Source: Paraphysomonas bandaiensis
Taxonomy: Eukaryota; Protista; Chrysophyceae
DNA: 64,000 bases
Reading direction: 5' to 3'
NCBI GenBank assembly: GCA_965644295.1
Contig: CBFFRP010000616.1
Span: 128,859 to 192,858 of the forward strand
Part shown: positions 10,701-25,700 of the stretch, one piece after another
Layout of the letters: every line of letters begins with the position of its first letter
Numbering within the stretch: the stretch's first letter is position 1
The notes under the pieces: generated by a model
Told to the model about the DNA's origin: nothing
Database searches by the model: none
The model's input: the letters and a program-made list of their open reading frames with translations, nothing else
Translations under genes and position numbers: made by a program

Positions 10701-13700
10701 GTGCAGGTTCCGTAGGAAGTGCTAGTGGTGGATCTGTTACAGTCGGTGGAGGTGAATCAATTGATGGCCTTGGTGGATCTACCTCAGTGACATCTGGGGC
10801 ATCAAAGACTGGTTCTTCAGGGAATATTCTTGTTTCTTCAGTCGATGCTATTTCGAGTAGGAGTGGAGAAATCGATATTCGTTCTGGTTCGAGTGAATTA
10901 TCGACAGCCGGCTCGTTAGTTTTTGGTGTAGGTGTTAGTGGGTCTGACGGAAATGGTACACCTGGTGGCGATATCAGAATGACAGCTGGCGATGGTTCTG
11001 AGGGCGGAGGAGCTGTTTTTGTAGCTGGTGTTGGTGTTTCAGGGAATGGTGGATCTGTTGTAGTTGATAGTGGAGATACTTTAGTTTCTTCGGCTGTTTC
11101 TGGAAGCGCCATTTTTCGAAGCTCGCGATCAATGTCGGCAACTGGTAGTGTCACTCTTGAAAGTGGGTCATCGAGCTCAGCTAGTAGCGGCTCTTTGTTT
11201 ATTCGTAGCGGTCATGGGCAGAGTTCATCGGGTGATATTTTATTGTCGTCAGGATCATCTGATAATGCCCCTGGACATGTTATCGTGAGTGGTGGCAACG
11301 CTTTCTCTGCTTCTGGATCCGGTGGTTCAATTCAATTGCTGGGTGGTCATGGGGCAACTGGGGGAAGTATTGATATCAGCAGTGGAACCGGCAGCAGTGG
11401 TCGTGGTGGTCAAATTTATATTTCTACTGGCGACAATTCACATGTTGATGGAAGTGAAATTTTCATTGGAACTGGAAAATCATTTGCTGGACGAGGTGGT
11501 GACATGTCATTGGAATCTGGTGGTGCCATTTCTTTAGAAGCTGGTCGTATCAATTCTGAACATGGTGGTAGTATAAGTCTCACAACAGGGACAGTTTCGT
11601 CTGGCCAGTCCGGACAATTAAATCTAAGAACTTCGTCAGCTTTGAATTCGGGTGATGTACAAATATCCTCTGGTGAGTCATCAGGCTCAGCGGGTAGTGT
11701 TGTGTTTATTGCCGGAAACAGCTTGAATGAAATTGGCGGGCATTTTGATGTGCGTGCTGGGAATGGTGAAGTTGGTGGCAAAATTGATCTTGTTGCTGGG
11801 TTCGGAAATAGTGTAGGTGGTGAAATTTTTGTTTCCAGCGGAGTATCTTCAGCAGCCATGAGTGGAGATATCAGTTTAGAATCAGCTGCGTCTTTGTCAT
11901 CAGGAAGTGTACATATTCGTACTGGAAGTGGAGAGGTTAGTACTGGAGGTTTGACCTTTGTATCTGGGCATGCTTTTGACTCTGCTGGTGTGGTGACGAT
12001 TGGAGCTGGAGAATCAAGTCGGGCTGGAGCTGATGTTTCTGTGTTAGCAGGCGCTTCTCGCAACGACGTTGGCGGGAAATTATCGATGGCGGGCGGATCT
12101 GGAAGTCGTGGTGGTGATATTGTAATGCGTAGTGGTGATGGTCATTTTGGTCGGAGCGGCGATGCAGTTGTCATGTCTGGCGATGGCGAGAAGACGGGCG
12201 GTTCTGTTTCGTTGATGGCTGGCTCTACTCATGGCATAGGGGAGGGGGGGTCTGTAGTGCTAGCCGCTGGTACTGCTTCCGATGTCGATGGTGGAGTAGT
12301 AAGTATAACGGGTGGAATGTCCTCGTCACGTCGTGGTGGTGACATTTCTTTATTGAGTGGTGTTGGGGATCAGTCTGGTTCAGTTTCGATTGCAAGCGAT
12401 AAGTCATATACCACTTCTGGAGATGTCTTGTTCCGAACTGGAGACTCATCTTCTAAATCTGGTGAGATTAAGATGATAGTCGGGCATGCTAAGGATAGTG
12501 GTTCGGTTGGTGGCGACATATCACTCTACGCGGGTACAGGCGAATCTGCTGGAGAAGTGTCGGTTGCGGCGGGTTCTGGTGTTGTAAGCGGTGGATCTGT
12601 GCTATTATACTCAGGATCGTCACCCTATTCATCAGGTTCAGTTACCCTGTCGTCGGCATCGAGTGAAAAGGGTAACAGTGGTAGTGCTACACTACGTACT
12701 GGATCTGCGTCTACAGGTAGTTCTGGTTCGGTGTCGATATCAACTGGTGATGTTACTAATGGATCTGTGGGTGTTGTGGGTTTGCATGGTGGTTCGAGCG
12801 TATCTCACCTGGGTGGTGACGTGTCCATGCGTGGTGGTGTTTCGTCTGCTTCCGGTGGTGGGCATGTATCTATCAGTGGTGGTTCGGGTGCTGAAGGTGG
12901 TGAGGTTGTCATTTTAAGTGGAGCTGGTTCTGTCGGGAAATCTGGTGCCATAAATATTGGTGTGAGTGACAGCTCTGGGTCACATGCTGGCGGATCCGTA
13001 AATATATTTGGTGGTAAATCTCTTGCGGGAGGTTCTGGTGGGGATGTTAGAGTGGTTGCTGGAGAAGGTTCCGTATCATCTGCCTCTGGGGGGGTAGCTG
13101 AACTCCGAGGTGGCTCATCATCAGTTCATGGTGGATCGGTTGTAGTACACAGTGGCTCTGGCAGTGATATGTCCAGTGGTAGTGCGTCAGTATCCTCAGC
13201 AGCCTCTCACACAAGTGGGGCAGTTGATTTATCCTCAGGACCTAGTGTATCTGCGTCTGGAACAGTAACGGTGTCATCGGGAAATTCCATGGGAATGGCC
13301 GGTGATATTAGAGTAGCTGGCGGGCAGGGGCTTCGTAGTGGTAGTAACATTGGTATTAATGCAGGTGATGGGTCTGATGGTGGTGATGTGACTGTTAGTG
13401 GTGGGTCGGGAACCGATGGTTCTGGTGGGTCTGCCTTGATTTCTTCCGGTTTGAGCTCATCACTTTCCGGAACAAGTGGTATATCGACACTAGAAACAGC
13501 TGGGGGTGTCAGTGCAAGTGGCAATATCGCGATATCTAGTGGCTCATCAACACAGTCTTCGTCTGGATCGATATCTATCAATACCGGAGACAGCGTAACT
13601 GCAGAAGCGGGAAATATCTTTATTCGTAGCGGATCTGGTGAGTCAGTGGACGGTGCGGGTGTGATAATTTCTGGCGGAAGTACTTCATCTGCCAGTGGTA

Positions 13701-16700
13701 AAGGCGGTTCACTAAGTTTATCTGCTGGTTTCGGTGTTCATGGTGGAGATGTCACTATTGCGAGCGGTGAAGGCATGGAACGGTCGTCAGGGTCGGTTAC
13801 AATCAAGGCATCGCCAGGTAGTGGAGTGTCGGAAGGTGGATCTGTTGTTATTGAAGGCGGAAATTCTCGTGATGGAGGCAGTGGTGGTGATGTAGACATC
13901 AGTGGTGGCTCGGCACCACTCGGACAATCTGATGGTGGTGCTCTTAGTATAACTGGAGGACATTCTTACGGAAATGTTGGTGGTGGAACGTTTGTATCCA
14001 GTGGTGAAGGCGTCAATGGTCAGAGTGGTGTTTTGTCGTTAACTTCGGGTTCAGTTTCACGGCGCACTGGTGATGTTTATGTTTCTTCTGGTGATTCTAG
14101 TTTTGAGCAATCTGGTGATGTGGTTTTGACCACTGGTAGTTCTGACGTTGCAGGTGGTATTAGGTTAGTAGTTGGGGAAAGCAGTGGTTCAGATGCTGCT
14201 GGTGGTGATTTGACGATGGCATCTGGTGATGGTAGCACTGGTGGAGAAATTACTGTATCAGGTGGTGGTGCTCGTGAGGGAGCTGGTGGAATGATTTCCT
14301 TAGTTAGTGGTGGGTCGAAGGGAGTATCATCTCCCAGTGGTGATGTTGTTGTTGCGTCGTCAGATGATGCGGCGAGATCGGGATCAGTGAGAATTGGAAC
14401 GGGTAATGTGCCTTCGGCATCTGGAGATATTGCAATTACCAGTGGAAATAGCTTAAAGGAATCAGCTGGTAAAATTATGCTTGAATCTGGCAGTTCACCA
14501 GATATTGGTGGTGACGTTGCGATAGCAGGGGGTCATGCGCAGGTGGCAGGAATAGGTGGATCGCTGGCTTTATCCAGTGGCTCTGGTGGTGCTGGTGGCA
14601 GTCTCGATGTAGTTGGCGGATTGGGGCTGTCTGGTGAAGGTGGCGCTATTCGCATTCAATCTGGTGAATCCACGAAAGGACCAGGTGGAAATGTAGTAGT
14701 AGCAGGCGGAACTTCTACGTCAGGAGATGGTGGAAATACTAATGTTTATGCTGGATCTGCCTCCTCAGGTAAAGGTGGTAGTGTACGCATAATGAGTGGT
14801 AGGAGTGACACCAAGTCCAGTGGCGTTGTAGAGGTGATGTCATCTCCATCTGTAATAGATTCTGGTGATGTAGCGGTTGCAAGCGGAACATCAGTTAGTG
14901 GTACGTCTGGGTCAACCTTGATATCGTCTGGTTCGTCACAGTCTCGTGTGGGTAGTGTTGTCTTGCATGGAGGATCATCGATTGGGAACTTCGCTGGTGG
15001 CGATGTGATTACCTTGGCTGGTGATGGTTCTTCTGGTGGCAGTGTTTCTATATCGGCAGGCGCTGGCAGACAGGACGATGGCGGCTTTGTATCTATGGCT
15101 TCAGGGCCCAGTGCTTCTCTTGCTACCTCCAGTGGTGATGTGAATGTTGCGTCTTCAGCTGGTGCTGGGGAAAGTGGTAATGTGGCAATTAGAACGGGGT
15201 CGTCTTCGTCTTCTAGCAGTGGAAGCCTATCCATTAGTAGTGGTGACAGCGAGTCTTCACTTGCAGGATCTATTTCTGTGATAGCGGGAGAATCAAGTGG
15301 CTTAACTGGTGCTGATGTTGTTGTTTCAGCTGGGTCCAGCACATCGATCGACAGCACTGGTGGATCTCTGAAATTACTATCCGGCGAGGGTGCTAATGGC
15401 GGTGATATTTCCATACAAAGTGGTGTCGGGGCTTCTGGCCATTCAGGATCTGTTAATATTGCCGCCTCAGCGGGTAGTGGTTCAACCAATGGTGGAAACA
15501 TTAATGTCGGTGCGGGTAATTCTGAGTTTGGCACAAGTGGTAGATTGCAGTTATCAACTGGCTCATCAAGAGATGGAGAAGTCGGAGAATTCATGGTGAG
15601 TGCAGGTACCTCAGCGACGGGCACGGGCGGTAGTGTAAAGATTTTTACTGGAGAGAGCGTTGTAACCACAAGCGGTGCACTGGAATTATCGTCGGGTCCT
15701 GGATCCGCAGACCAGAATTCTGGTGAAGTGCAGTTGTCCACGGGCATTACATCTGCTGGACGGAGTGGACCTTTGCTGTTGCGAACTGGTTCATCAAGCA
15801 CTGGAACCTCTGGCGATGTAATGATTACTGTTGGTGATGGTATGGCTAGTGGGGGAGATGTTGCTTTGTCAGCTGGTGGAGGTAACAGTGGTGGCAATGT
15901 GTCACTTCGTGGTGGAAGGTCAAATGCTGCAAGCGGTGGTGACATGGCACTTTTTAGTGGCGATAGCATTGCTCCTGGCCAAAGTAGTGGTCAGGCTGTG
16001 TTTGGTTCTGCATCTTCGCACGTATCTAGTGGTTCGATTGTTGTCTCCTCTGGTTCATCTAGCTCCGGTTCTAGTGGTTCTGTATTCATTGGTAGTGGTG
16101 ACAGTGCGGCATCCATGGCTGGTGGCGTTACATTATCTGCGGGTGCTGGTGTATCCGATATTGGTGCCAGTGTTTCTGTTCATGCTGGTGACTCGATGGC
16201 CCAGTCTAGTGTAGGAGGCGAGTTGTCACTATTAAGTGGTTCTGGTTCTTCTGGTGGCGATGTGATGATTGAAAGTGGCAAAGGTTCACTATCTAAGGGT
16301 GGATCTATTGCTATCAATGCTGGTAAGTCTGACGATGGCACTGGAGGGTCGATTGAAGTTGGTAGTGGTAGCTCTGATGGTGGCCTCGGTGGTTTGTTGT
16401 CGTTAACTGGGGGCGACTCATTTGCATCTATTGGTGGCGATGTTTTATTATCTTCCGGAGATTCCATGAACGATGTGAGTGGATCGGTTCGTTTAGTAAG
16501 TGGCAAATCTTTGAACGGCCTTACAAGTGGTGGTGTCACCCTCGGAACCAGTGGATCCATAATGGGAGCTACAGGTGACTTGATGCTTTCCACTGGTGGA
16601 CTTAGCTCCGGAACATCTGGTAGTGTATCTGTAGAGACTGGTGGCGGTGGTGATGTTGGTGGCGACATATCTATGTCTGCAGGCGATGCCATTGAAGGTG

Positions 16701-19700
16701 GCAGTGTACAAGTACGTGGTGGCGCTGCATCTACTGGTGAGTCAGGTATATTGACCCTTGTCAGTGGGGCTTCATCATCAACAGGGGGCGTGAGTGGATC
16801 GGTGGATATATCATCTGGATCGAGCAAAGGTTCAAGTGGGTCAGTGCGTATTCGCAGTGGTGAATCTGAGTTGCACAGTGGCTCTGTTATTTTGGCCACT
16901 TCAGATAGCTCTTTGGGTTCGGCTGGATCTATTTCGTTAAATACTGGTGAAAGTTCATCCGTAGTGGGTGCGGGTATATCTGTTCATGCCGGTGGATCAT
17001 CTCTCGCCGAAGGGGTTGGTGGTGGTGTGTCGCTTCTTGGTGGTGAAGCTTCCCATGGTGGTGATATTATCCTCCGTTCTGGTGTCGGTGTTATCGGTCG
17101 CAGTGGATCCGTGGACATTTCTGTTGGTGAGAGTGCTGGAATGTCGGAAAGTGGGGCTGTGTCGATACGAGGTGGTGAATCTATGGGAGGTGGTCTTGGA
17201 GGCGAGGTGCTAGTTGAGGCTGGGTCTTCTACGATAGGTTCAGGCAGTGGTGGGTCGCTGGTACTTCGTGGTGGGGCATCTAGTGATGGTGTGGGTGGTG
17301 GCGTTGCGATTTCCAGTGGTACGAGTGCCTCTGGTGCTAGTGGTTCTGTGACAGTTTCGAGTTCTACAGGGGACGTTTCTAGCGGCTCTGTGTTCGTCAG
17401 TAGTGGTGACTCGTTTAAATCTTCAGCTGGTGATATCGTTCTCTCTGCTGGATCTAGCCATGTAGATAGCAAAGGTGGCGCTATCCGTGTGGAGTCTGGA
17501 GCTGGATCTGAAGGTTCTGATGTTTTAATAGCTGCTGGTCTAGGAACGTCATTGGACGGAGGATCTGTCATTGTTACTAGTGGTGGAAGTAGTTCAAAGA
17601 GTGGTGGTGTGGTTCTAACATCACTCGGTGGTAGTGGTGCAAGTGGTTCGATTGAGATTGGAAGTGGATCCTCTGCTTTAGAATCTGGCACTATTTCTTT
17701 ATCCAGTGGTTCTAGTGAATCCGGATCTGCGGGTGATATTTCTTTGGCAGGCGGCTCGGGATATTCAGTCTACGGGTCATCGATTGCTGTCCAAGGCGGA
17801 GATAGCTTACATTCCACTGGAACTGGAGGTGTGCTCTCATTGTCGGCAGGATCTGGCAATATTGGAGGTGATATTAGTGTTAAGGGCGGAAGTGGTTTGA
17901 CAGACCGTGCCGGCTCTGTTACCATCGCATCTGGTTGGTCAGCATCCGGGAGTGGCGATGTAGTTATGGAAGGTGGATCCACTGATTTGGGCCGTGGTGG
18001 TGACATTGCTATTAAGGCAGGGTCATCCAGCAAGGACAAGGGTGGTGATCTATCCATTTTGAGCGGTGAGAGCTCGTCTTCATCTAGTGGATCTTTACTT
18101 CTGGCTTCGGCATCTACTGCCGCTTCAAGTGGTGACATTTCGCTGATAACTGGTACATCGAGCGCGGGGTCATCTGGTTCTATCTTTATATCAAGTAGTT
18201 CTGGTGTCACAGGCGTTGGCGGTATCACACTGTCAGTGGGTACTGCTTCTGATGGTAGCGGTAGTGATATGTTTTCCACGGCAGGTAGTGGTCATATTGT
18301 TGGTGGCGACGTCTCGGTGTTAGCTGGGTCTGGGGAGTCTGGGCGCGGAGGTAGTATCAGCATGACAAGTGGTAGTAGTGCTTCAAGCGAATCTACTGGA
18401 GGTTTGGTCAGGGTAGAATCGGCTAGCAGTAGTGGCTATAGTGGTGATGTCTCGCTCACAAGTGGATCATCTGGTGCATCATCGGGTAAAGTAGTGTTAT
18501 CCAGTGGAAGCGGTGAAACATCTGGAAGTGTGTCGGTATTATCAGGGGTTAGCACATCTGGTCCAGGATCTATGGTGGTTGTTCGAGCTGGGGAGTCTAC
18601 AGAGAACCGCGGTGGTGACTTGTTGCTTAATAGTGGCGCAGGTGCTGTGGGGGGATCCATTATTGTCGGTTCAGGATTAAGTAGCAACGGTCCAGGTGGC
18701 GATGTATCGATTTCAAGCGGTGATGGCTCTGGTGTTTCTGCAGGAGGAAATGTACTAATTGAATCTGGCTCCTCTCATAGTGGTGATTTTGGTGGTTCAC
18801 TAGAGGTAATTGGTGGTTCTGCTCCTGTTGGAGTCGGCGGCTCTATTTCAGTGTTATCAGGTTCATCTGTAGATGGTGAGAGCGGTTCGGCAATTCTGAG
18901 CAGTGGTTCTAGTAGCACAGGGACCAGTGGAAGTGTGAGAGTATCGTCGTCAGTTGCAGCTGGCAGTGGTGCTGTCGAGATATCAAGTGGTGAATCATTG
19001 CTTGGTAGTGCAGGTGATGTTTTGTTGTCTGTCGGAGTTAGTACCAGTGGTGATGGTGGATCGCTTGTTGCCACTGCTGGTTCAGGAGAACGTGGTGGAA
19101 GTGCTGTTATTACTGGTGGTGAGGGAGAGTCAATTGGTGGGGATACTCACATCACAAGTGGTTTAGGCGTTCTTAGTGGTGGTAGCCTATTTTTTTCGAC
19201 TTCTGAAGCCAACCTTGGCTCAAGTGGTAGTGCTACACTACGTACTGGATCTGCGTCTACAGGTAGTTCTGGTTCGGTGTCGATATCAACTGGTGATGTT
19301 ACTGATGGATCTGTGGGTGTTGTGGGTTTGCATGGTGGTTCGAGCGTATCTCACCTGGGTGGTGACGTGTCCATGCGTGGTGGTGTTTCGTCTGCTTCCG
19401 GTGGTGGGCATGTATCTATCAGTGGTGGTTCGGGTGCTGAAGGTGGTGAGGTTGTCATTTTAAGTGGAGCTGGTTCTGTCGGGAAATCTGGTGCCATAAA
19501 TATTGGTGTGAGTGACAGCTCTGGGTCACATGCTGGCGGATCCGTAAATATATTTGGTGGTAAATCTCTTGCGGGAGGTTCTGGTGGGGATGTTAGAGTG
19601 GTTGCTGGAGAAGGTTCCGTATCATCTGCCTCTGGGGGGGTAGCTGAACTCCGAGGTGGCTCATCATCAGTTCATGGTGGATCGGTTGTAGTACACAGTG

Positions 19701-22700
19701 GCTCTGGCAGTGATATGTCCAGTGGTAGTGCGTCAGTATCCTCAGCAGCCTCTCACACAAGTGGGGCAGTTGATTTATCCTCAGGACCTAGTGTATCTGC
19801 GTCTGGAACAGTAACGGTGTCATCGGGAAATTCCATGGGAATGGCCGGTGATATTAGAGTAGCTGGCGGGCAGGGGCTTCGTAGTGGTAGTAACATTGGT
19901 ATTAATGCAGGTGATGGGTCTGATGGTGGTGATGTGACTGTTAGTGGTGGGTCGGGAACCGATGGTTCTGGTGGGTCTGCCTTGATTTCTTCCGGTTTGA
20001 GCTCATCACTTTCCGGAACAAGTGGTATATCGACACTAGAAACAGCTGGGGGTGTCAGTGCAAGTGGCAATATCGCGATATCTAGTGGCTCATCAACACA
20101 GTCTTCGTCTGGATCGATATCTATCAATACCGGAGACAGCGTAACTGCAGAAGCGGGAAATATCTTTATTCGTAGCGGATCTGGTGAGTCAGTGGACGGT
20201 GCGGGTGTGATAATTTCTGGCGGAAGTACTTCATCTGCCAGTGGTAAAGGCGGTTCACTAAGTTTATCTGCTGGTTTCGGTGTTCATGGTGGAGATGTCA
20301 CTATTGCGAGCGGTGAAGGCATGGAACGGTCGTCAGGGTCGGTTACAATCAAGGCATCGCCAGGTAGTGGAGTGTCGGAAGGTGGATCTGTTGTTATTGA
20401 AGGCGGAAATTCTCGTGATGGAGGCAGTGGTGGTGATGTAGACATCAGTGGTGGCTCGGCACCACTCGGACAATCTGATGGTGGTGCTCTTAGTATAACT
20501 GGAGGACATTCTTACGGAAATGTTGGTGGTGGAACGTTTGTATCCAGTGGTGAAGGCGTCAATGGTCAGAGTGGTGTTTTGTCGTTAACTTCGGGTTCAG
20601 TTTCACGGCGCACTGGTGATGTTTATGTTTCTTCTGGTGATTCTAGTTTTGAGCAATCTGGTGATGTGGTTTTGACCACTGGTAGTTCTGACGTTGCAGG
20701 TGGTATTAGGTTAGTAGTTGGGGAAAGCAGTGGTTCAGATGCTGCTGGTGGTGATTTGACGATGGCATCTGGTGATGGTAGCACTGGTGGAGAAATTACT
20801 GTATCAGGTGGTGGTGCTCGTGAGGGAGCTGGTGGAATGATTTCCTTAGTTAGTGGTGGGTCGAAGGGAGTATCATCTCCCAGTGGTGATGTTGTTGTTG
20901 CGTCGTCAGATGATGCGGCGAGATCGGGATCAGTGAGAATTGGAACGGGTAATGTGCCTTCGGCATCTGGAGATATTGCAATTACCAGTGGAAATAGCTT
21001 AAAGGAATCAGCTGGTAAAATTATGCTTGAATCTGGCAGTTCACCAGATATTGGTGGTGACGTTGCGATAGCAGGGGGTCATGCGCAGGTGGCAGGAATA
21101 GGTGGATCGCTGGCTTTATCCAGTGGCTCTGGTGGTGCTGGTGGCAGTCTCGATGTAGTTGGCGGATTGGGGCTGTCTGGTGAAGGTGGCGCTATTCGCA
21201 TTCAATCTGGTGAATCCACGAAAGGACCAGGTGGAAATGTAGTAGTAGCAGGCGGAACTTCTACGTCAGGAGATGGTGGAAATACTAATGTTTATGCTGG
21301 ATCTGCCTCCTCAGGTAAAGGTGGTAGTGTACGCATAATGAGTGGTAGGAGTGACACCAAGTCCAGTGGCGTTGTAGAGGTGATGTCATCTCCATCTGTA
21401 ATAGATTCTGGTGATGTAGCGGTTGCAAGCGGAACATCAGTTAGTGGTACGTCTGGGTCAACCTTGATATCGTCTGGTTCGTCACAGTCTCGTGTGGGTA
21501 GTGTTGTCTTGCATGGAGGATCATCGATTGGGAACTTCGCTGGTGGCGATGTGATTACCTTGGCTGGTGATGGTTCTTCTGGTGGCAGTGTTTCTATATC
21601 GGCAGGCGCTGGCAGACAGGACGATGGCGGCTTTGTATCTATGGCTTCAGGGCCCAGTGCTTCTCTTGCTACCTCCAGTGGTGATGTGAATGTTGCGTCT
21701 TCAGCTGGTGCTGGGGAAAGTGGTAATGTGGCAATTAGAACGGGGTCGTCTTCGTCTTCTAGCAGTGGAAGCCTATCCATTAGTAGTGGTGACAGCGAGT
21801 CTTCACTTGCAGGATCTATTTCTGTGATAGCGGGAGAATCAAGTGGCTTAACTGGTGCTGATGTTGTTGTTTCAGCTGGGTCCAGCACATCGATTGACAG
21901 CACTGGTGGATCTCTGAAATTACTATCCGGCGAGGGTGCTAATGGCGGTGATATTTCCATACAAAGTGGTGTCGGGGCTTCTGGCCATTCAGGATCTGTT
22001 AATATTGCCGCCTCAGCGGGTAGTGGTTCAACCAATGGTGGAAACATTAATGTCGGTGCGGGTAATTCTGAGTTTGGCACAAGTGGTAGATTGCAGTTAT
22101 CAACTGGCTCATCAAGAGATGGAGAAGTCGGAGAATTCATGGTGAGTGCAGGTACCTCAGCGACGGGCACGGGCGGTAGTGTAAAGATTTTTACTGGAGA
22201 GAGCGTTGTAACCACAAGCGGTGCACTGGAATTATCGTCGGGTCCTGGATCCGCAGACCAGAATTCTGGTGAAGTGCAGTTGTCCACGGGCATTACATCT
22301 GCTGGACGGAGTGGACCTTTGCTGTTGCGAACTGGTTCATCAAGCACTGGAACCTCTGGCGATGTAATGATTACTGTTGGTGATGGTATGGCTAGTGGGG
22401 GAGATGTTGCTTTGTCAGCTGGTGGAGGTAACAGTGGTGGCAATGTGTCACTTCGTGGTGGAAGGTCAAATGCTGCAAGCGGTGGTGACATGACACTTTT
22501 TAGTGGCGATAGCATTGCTCCTGGCCAAAGTAGTGGTCAGGCTGTGTTTGGTTCTGCATCTTCGCACGTATCTAGTGGTTCGATTGTTGTCTCCTCTGGT
22601 TCATCTAGCTCCGGTTCTAGTGGTTCTGTATTCATTGGTAGTGGTGACAGTGCGGCATCCATGGCTGGTGGCGTTACATTATCTGCGGGTGCTGGTGTAT

Positions 22701-25700
22701 CCGATATTGGTGCCAGTGTTTCTGTTCATGCTGGTGACTCGATGGCCCAGTCTAGTGTAGGAGGCGAGTTGTCACTATTAAGTGGTTCTGGTTCTTCTGG
22801 TGGCGATGTGATGATTGAAAGTGGCAAAGGTTCACTATCTAAGGGTGGATCTATTGCTATCAATGCTGGTAAGTCTGACGATGGCACTGGAGGGTCGATT
22901 GAAGTTGGTAGTGGTAGCTCTGATGGTGGCCTCGGTGGTTTGTTGTCGTTAACTGGGGGCGACTCATTTGCATCTATTGGTGGCGATGTTTTATTATCTT
23001 CCGGAGATTCCATGAACGATGTGAGTGGATCGGTTCGTTTAGTAAGTGGCAAATCTTTGAACGGCCTTACAAGTGGTGGTGTCACCCTCGGAACCAGTGG
23101 ATCCATAATGGGAGCTACAGGTGACTTGATGCTTTCCACTGGTGGACTTAGCTCCGGAACATCTGGTAGTGTATCTGTAGAGACTGGTGGCGGTGGTGAT
23201 GTTGGTGGCGACATATCTATGTCTGCAGGCGATGCCATTGAAGGTGGCAGTGTACAAGTACGTGGTGGCGCTGCATCTACTGGTGAGTCAGGTATATTGA
23301 CCCTTGTCAGTGGGGCTTCATCGTCAACAGGGGGCGTGAGTGGATCGGTGGATATATCATCTGGATCGAGCAAAGGTTCAAGTGGGTCAGTGCGTATTCG
23401 CAGTGGTGAATCTGAGTTGCACAGTGGCTCTGTTATTTTGGCCACTTCAGATAGCTCTTTGGGTTCGGCTGGATCTATTTCGTTAAATACTGGTGAAAGT
23501 TCATCCGTAGTGGGTGCGGGTATATCTGTTCATGCCGGTGGATCATCTCTCGCCGAAGGGGTTGGTGGTGGTGTGTCGCTTCTTGGTGGTGAAGCTTCCC
23601 ATGGTGGTGATATTATCCTCCGTTCTGGTGTCGGTGTTATCGGTCGCAGTGGATCCGTTGACATTTCTGTTGGTGAGAGTGCTGGAATGTCGGAAAGTGG
23701 GGCTGTGTCGATACGAGGTGGTGAATCTATGGGAGGTGGTCTTGGAGGCGAGGTGCTAGTTGAGGCTGGGTCTTCTACGATAGGTTCAGGCAGTGGTGGG
23801 TCGCTGGTACTTCGTGGTGGGGCATCTAGTGATGGTGTGGGTGGTGGCGTTGCGATTTCCAGTGGTACGAGTGCCTCTGGTGCTAGTGGTTCTGTGACAG
23901 TTTCGAGTTCTACAGGGGACGTTTCTAGCGGCTCTGTGTTCGTCAGTAGTGGTGACTCGTTTAAATCTTCAGCTGGTGATATCGTTCTCTCTGCTGGATC
24001 TAGCCATGTAGATAGCAAAGGTGGCGCTATCCGTGTGGAGTCTGGAGCTGGATCTGAAGGTTCTGATGTTTTAATAGCTGCTGGTCTAGGAACGTCATTG
24101 GACGGAGGATCTGTCATTGTTACTAGTGGTGGAAGTAGTTCAAAGAGTGGTGGTGTGGTTCTAACATCACTCGGTGGTAGTGGTGCAAGTGGTTCGATTG
24201 AGATTGGAAGTGGATCCTCTGCTTTAGAATCTGGCACTATTTCTTTATCCAGTGGTTCTAGTGAATCCGGATCTGCGGGTGATATTTCTTTGGCAGGCGG
24301 CTCGGGATATTCAGTCTACGGGTCATCGATTGCTGTCCAAGGCGGAGATAGCTTACATTCCACTGGAACTGGAGGTGTGCTCTCATTGTCGGCAGGATCT
24401 GGCAATATTGGAGGTGATATTAGTGTTAAGGGCGGAAGTGGTTTGACAGACCGTGCCGGCTCTGTTACCATCGCATCTGGTTGGTCAGCATCCGGGAGTG
24501 GCGATGTAGTTATGGAAGGTGGATCCACTGATTTGGGCCGTGGTGGTGACATTGCTATCAAGGCAGGGTCATCCAGCAAGGACAAGGGTGGTGATCTATC
24601 CATTTTGAGCGGTGAGAGCTCGTCTTCATCTAGTGGATCTTTACTTCTGGCTTCGGCATCTACTGCCGCTTCAAGTGGTGACATTTCGCTGATAACTGGT
24701 ACATCGAGCGCGGGGTCATCTGGTTCTATCTTTATATCAAGTAGTTCTGGTGTCACAGGCGTTGGCGGTATCACACTGTCAGTGGGTACTGCTTCTGATG
24801 GTAGCGGTAGTGATATGTTTTCCACGGCAGGTAGTGGTCATATTGTTGGTGGCGACGTCTCGGTGTTCGCTGGGTCTGGGGAGTCTGGTCACGGAGGTAG
24901 TATCAGCATGACAAGTGGTAGTAGTGCTTCAAGCGAATCTACTGGAGGTTTGGTCAGGGTAGAATCGGCTAGCAGTAGTGGCTATAGTGGTGATGTCTCG
25001 CTCACAAGTGGATCATCTGGTGCATCATCGGGTAAAGTAGTGTTATCCAGTGGAAGCGGTGAAACATCTGGAAGTGTGTCGGTATTATCAGGGGTTAGCA
25101 CATCTGGTCCAGGATCTATGGTGGTTGTTCGAGCTGGGGAGTCTACAGAGAACCGCGGTGGTGACTTGTTGCTTAATAGTGGCGCAGGTGCTGTGGGGGG
25201 ATCCATTATTGTCGGTTCAGGATTAAGTAGCAACGGTCCAGGTGGCGATGTATCGATTTCAAGCGGTGATGGCTCTGGTGTTTCTGCAGGAGGAAATGTA
25301 CTAATTGAATCTGGCTCCTCTCATAGTGGTGATTTTGGTGGTTCACTAGAGGTAATTGGTGGTTCTGCTCCTGTTGGAGTCGGCGGCTCTATTTCAGTGT
25401 TATCAGGTTCATCTGTAGATGGTGAGAGCGGTTCGGCAATTCTGGGCAGTGGTTCTAGTAGCACAGGGACCAGTGGAAGTGTGAGAGTATCGTCGTCAGT
25501 TGCAGCTGGCAGTGGTGCTGTCGAGATATCAAGTGGTGAATCATTGCTTGGTAGTGCAGGTGATGTTTTGTTGTCTGTCGGAGTTAGTACCAGTGGTGAT
25601 GGTGGATCGCTTGTTGCCACTGCTGGTTCAGGAGAACGTGGTGGAAGTGCTGTTATTACTGGTGGTGAGGGAGAGTCTATTGGTGGTTCGCTTGTTCTAG

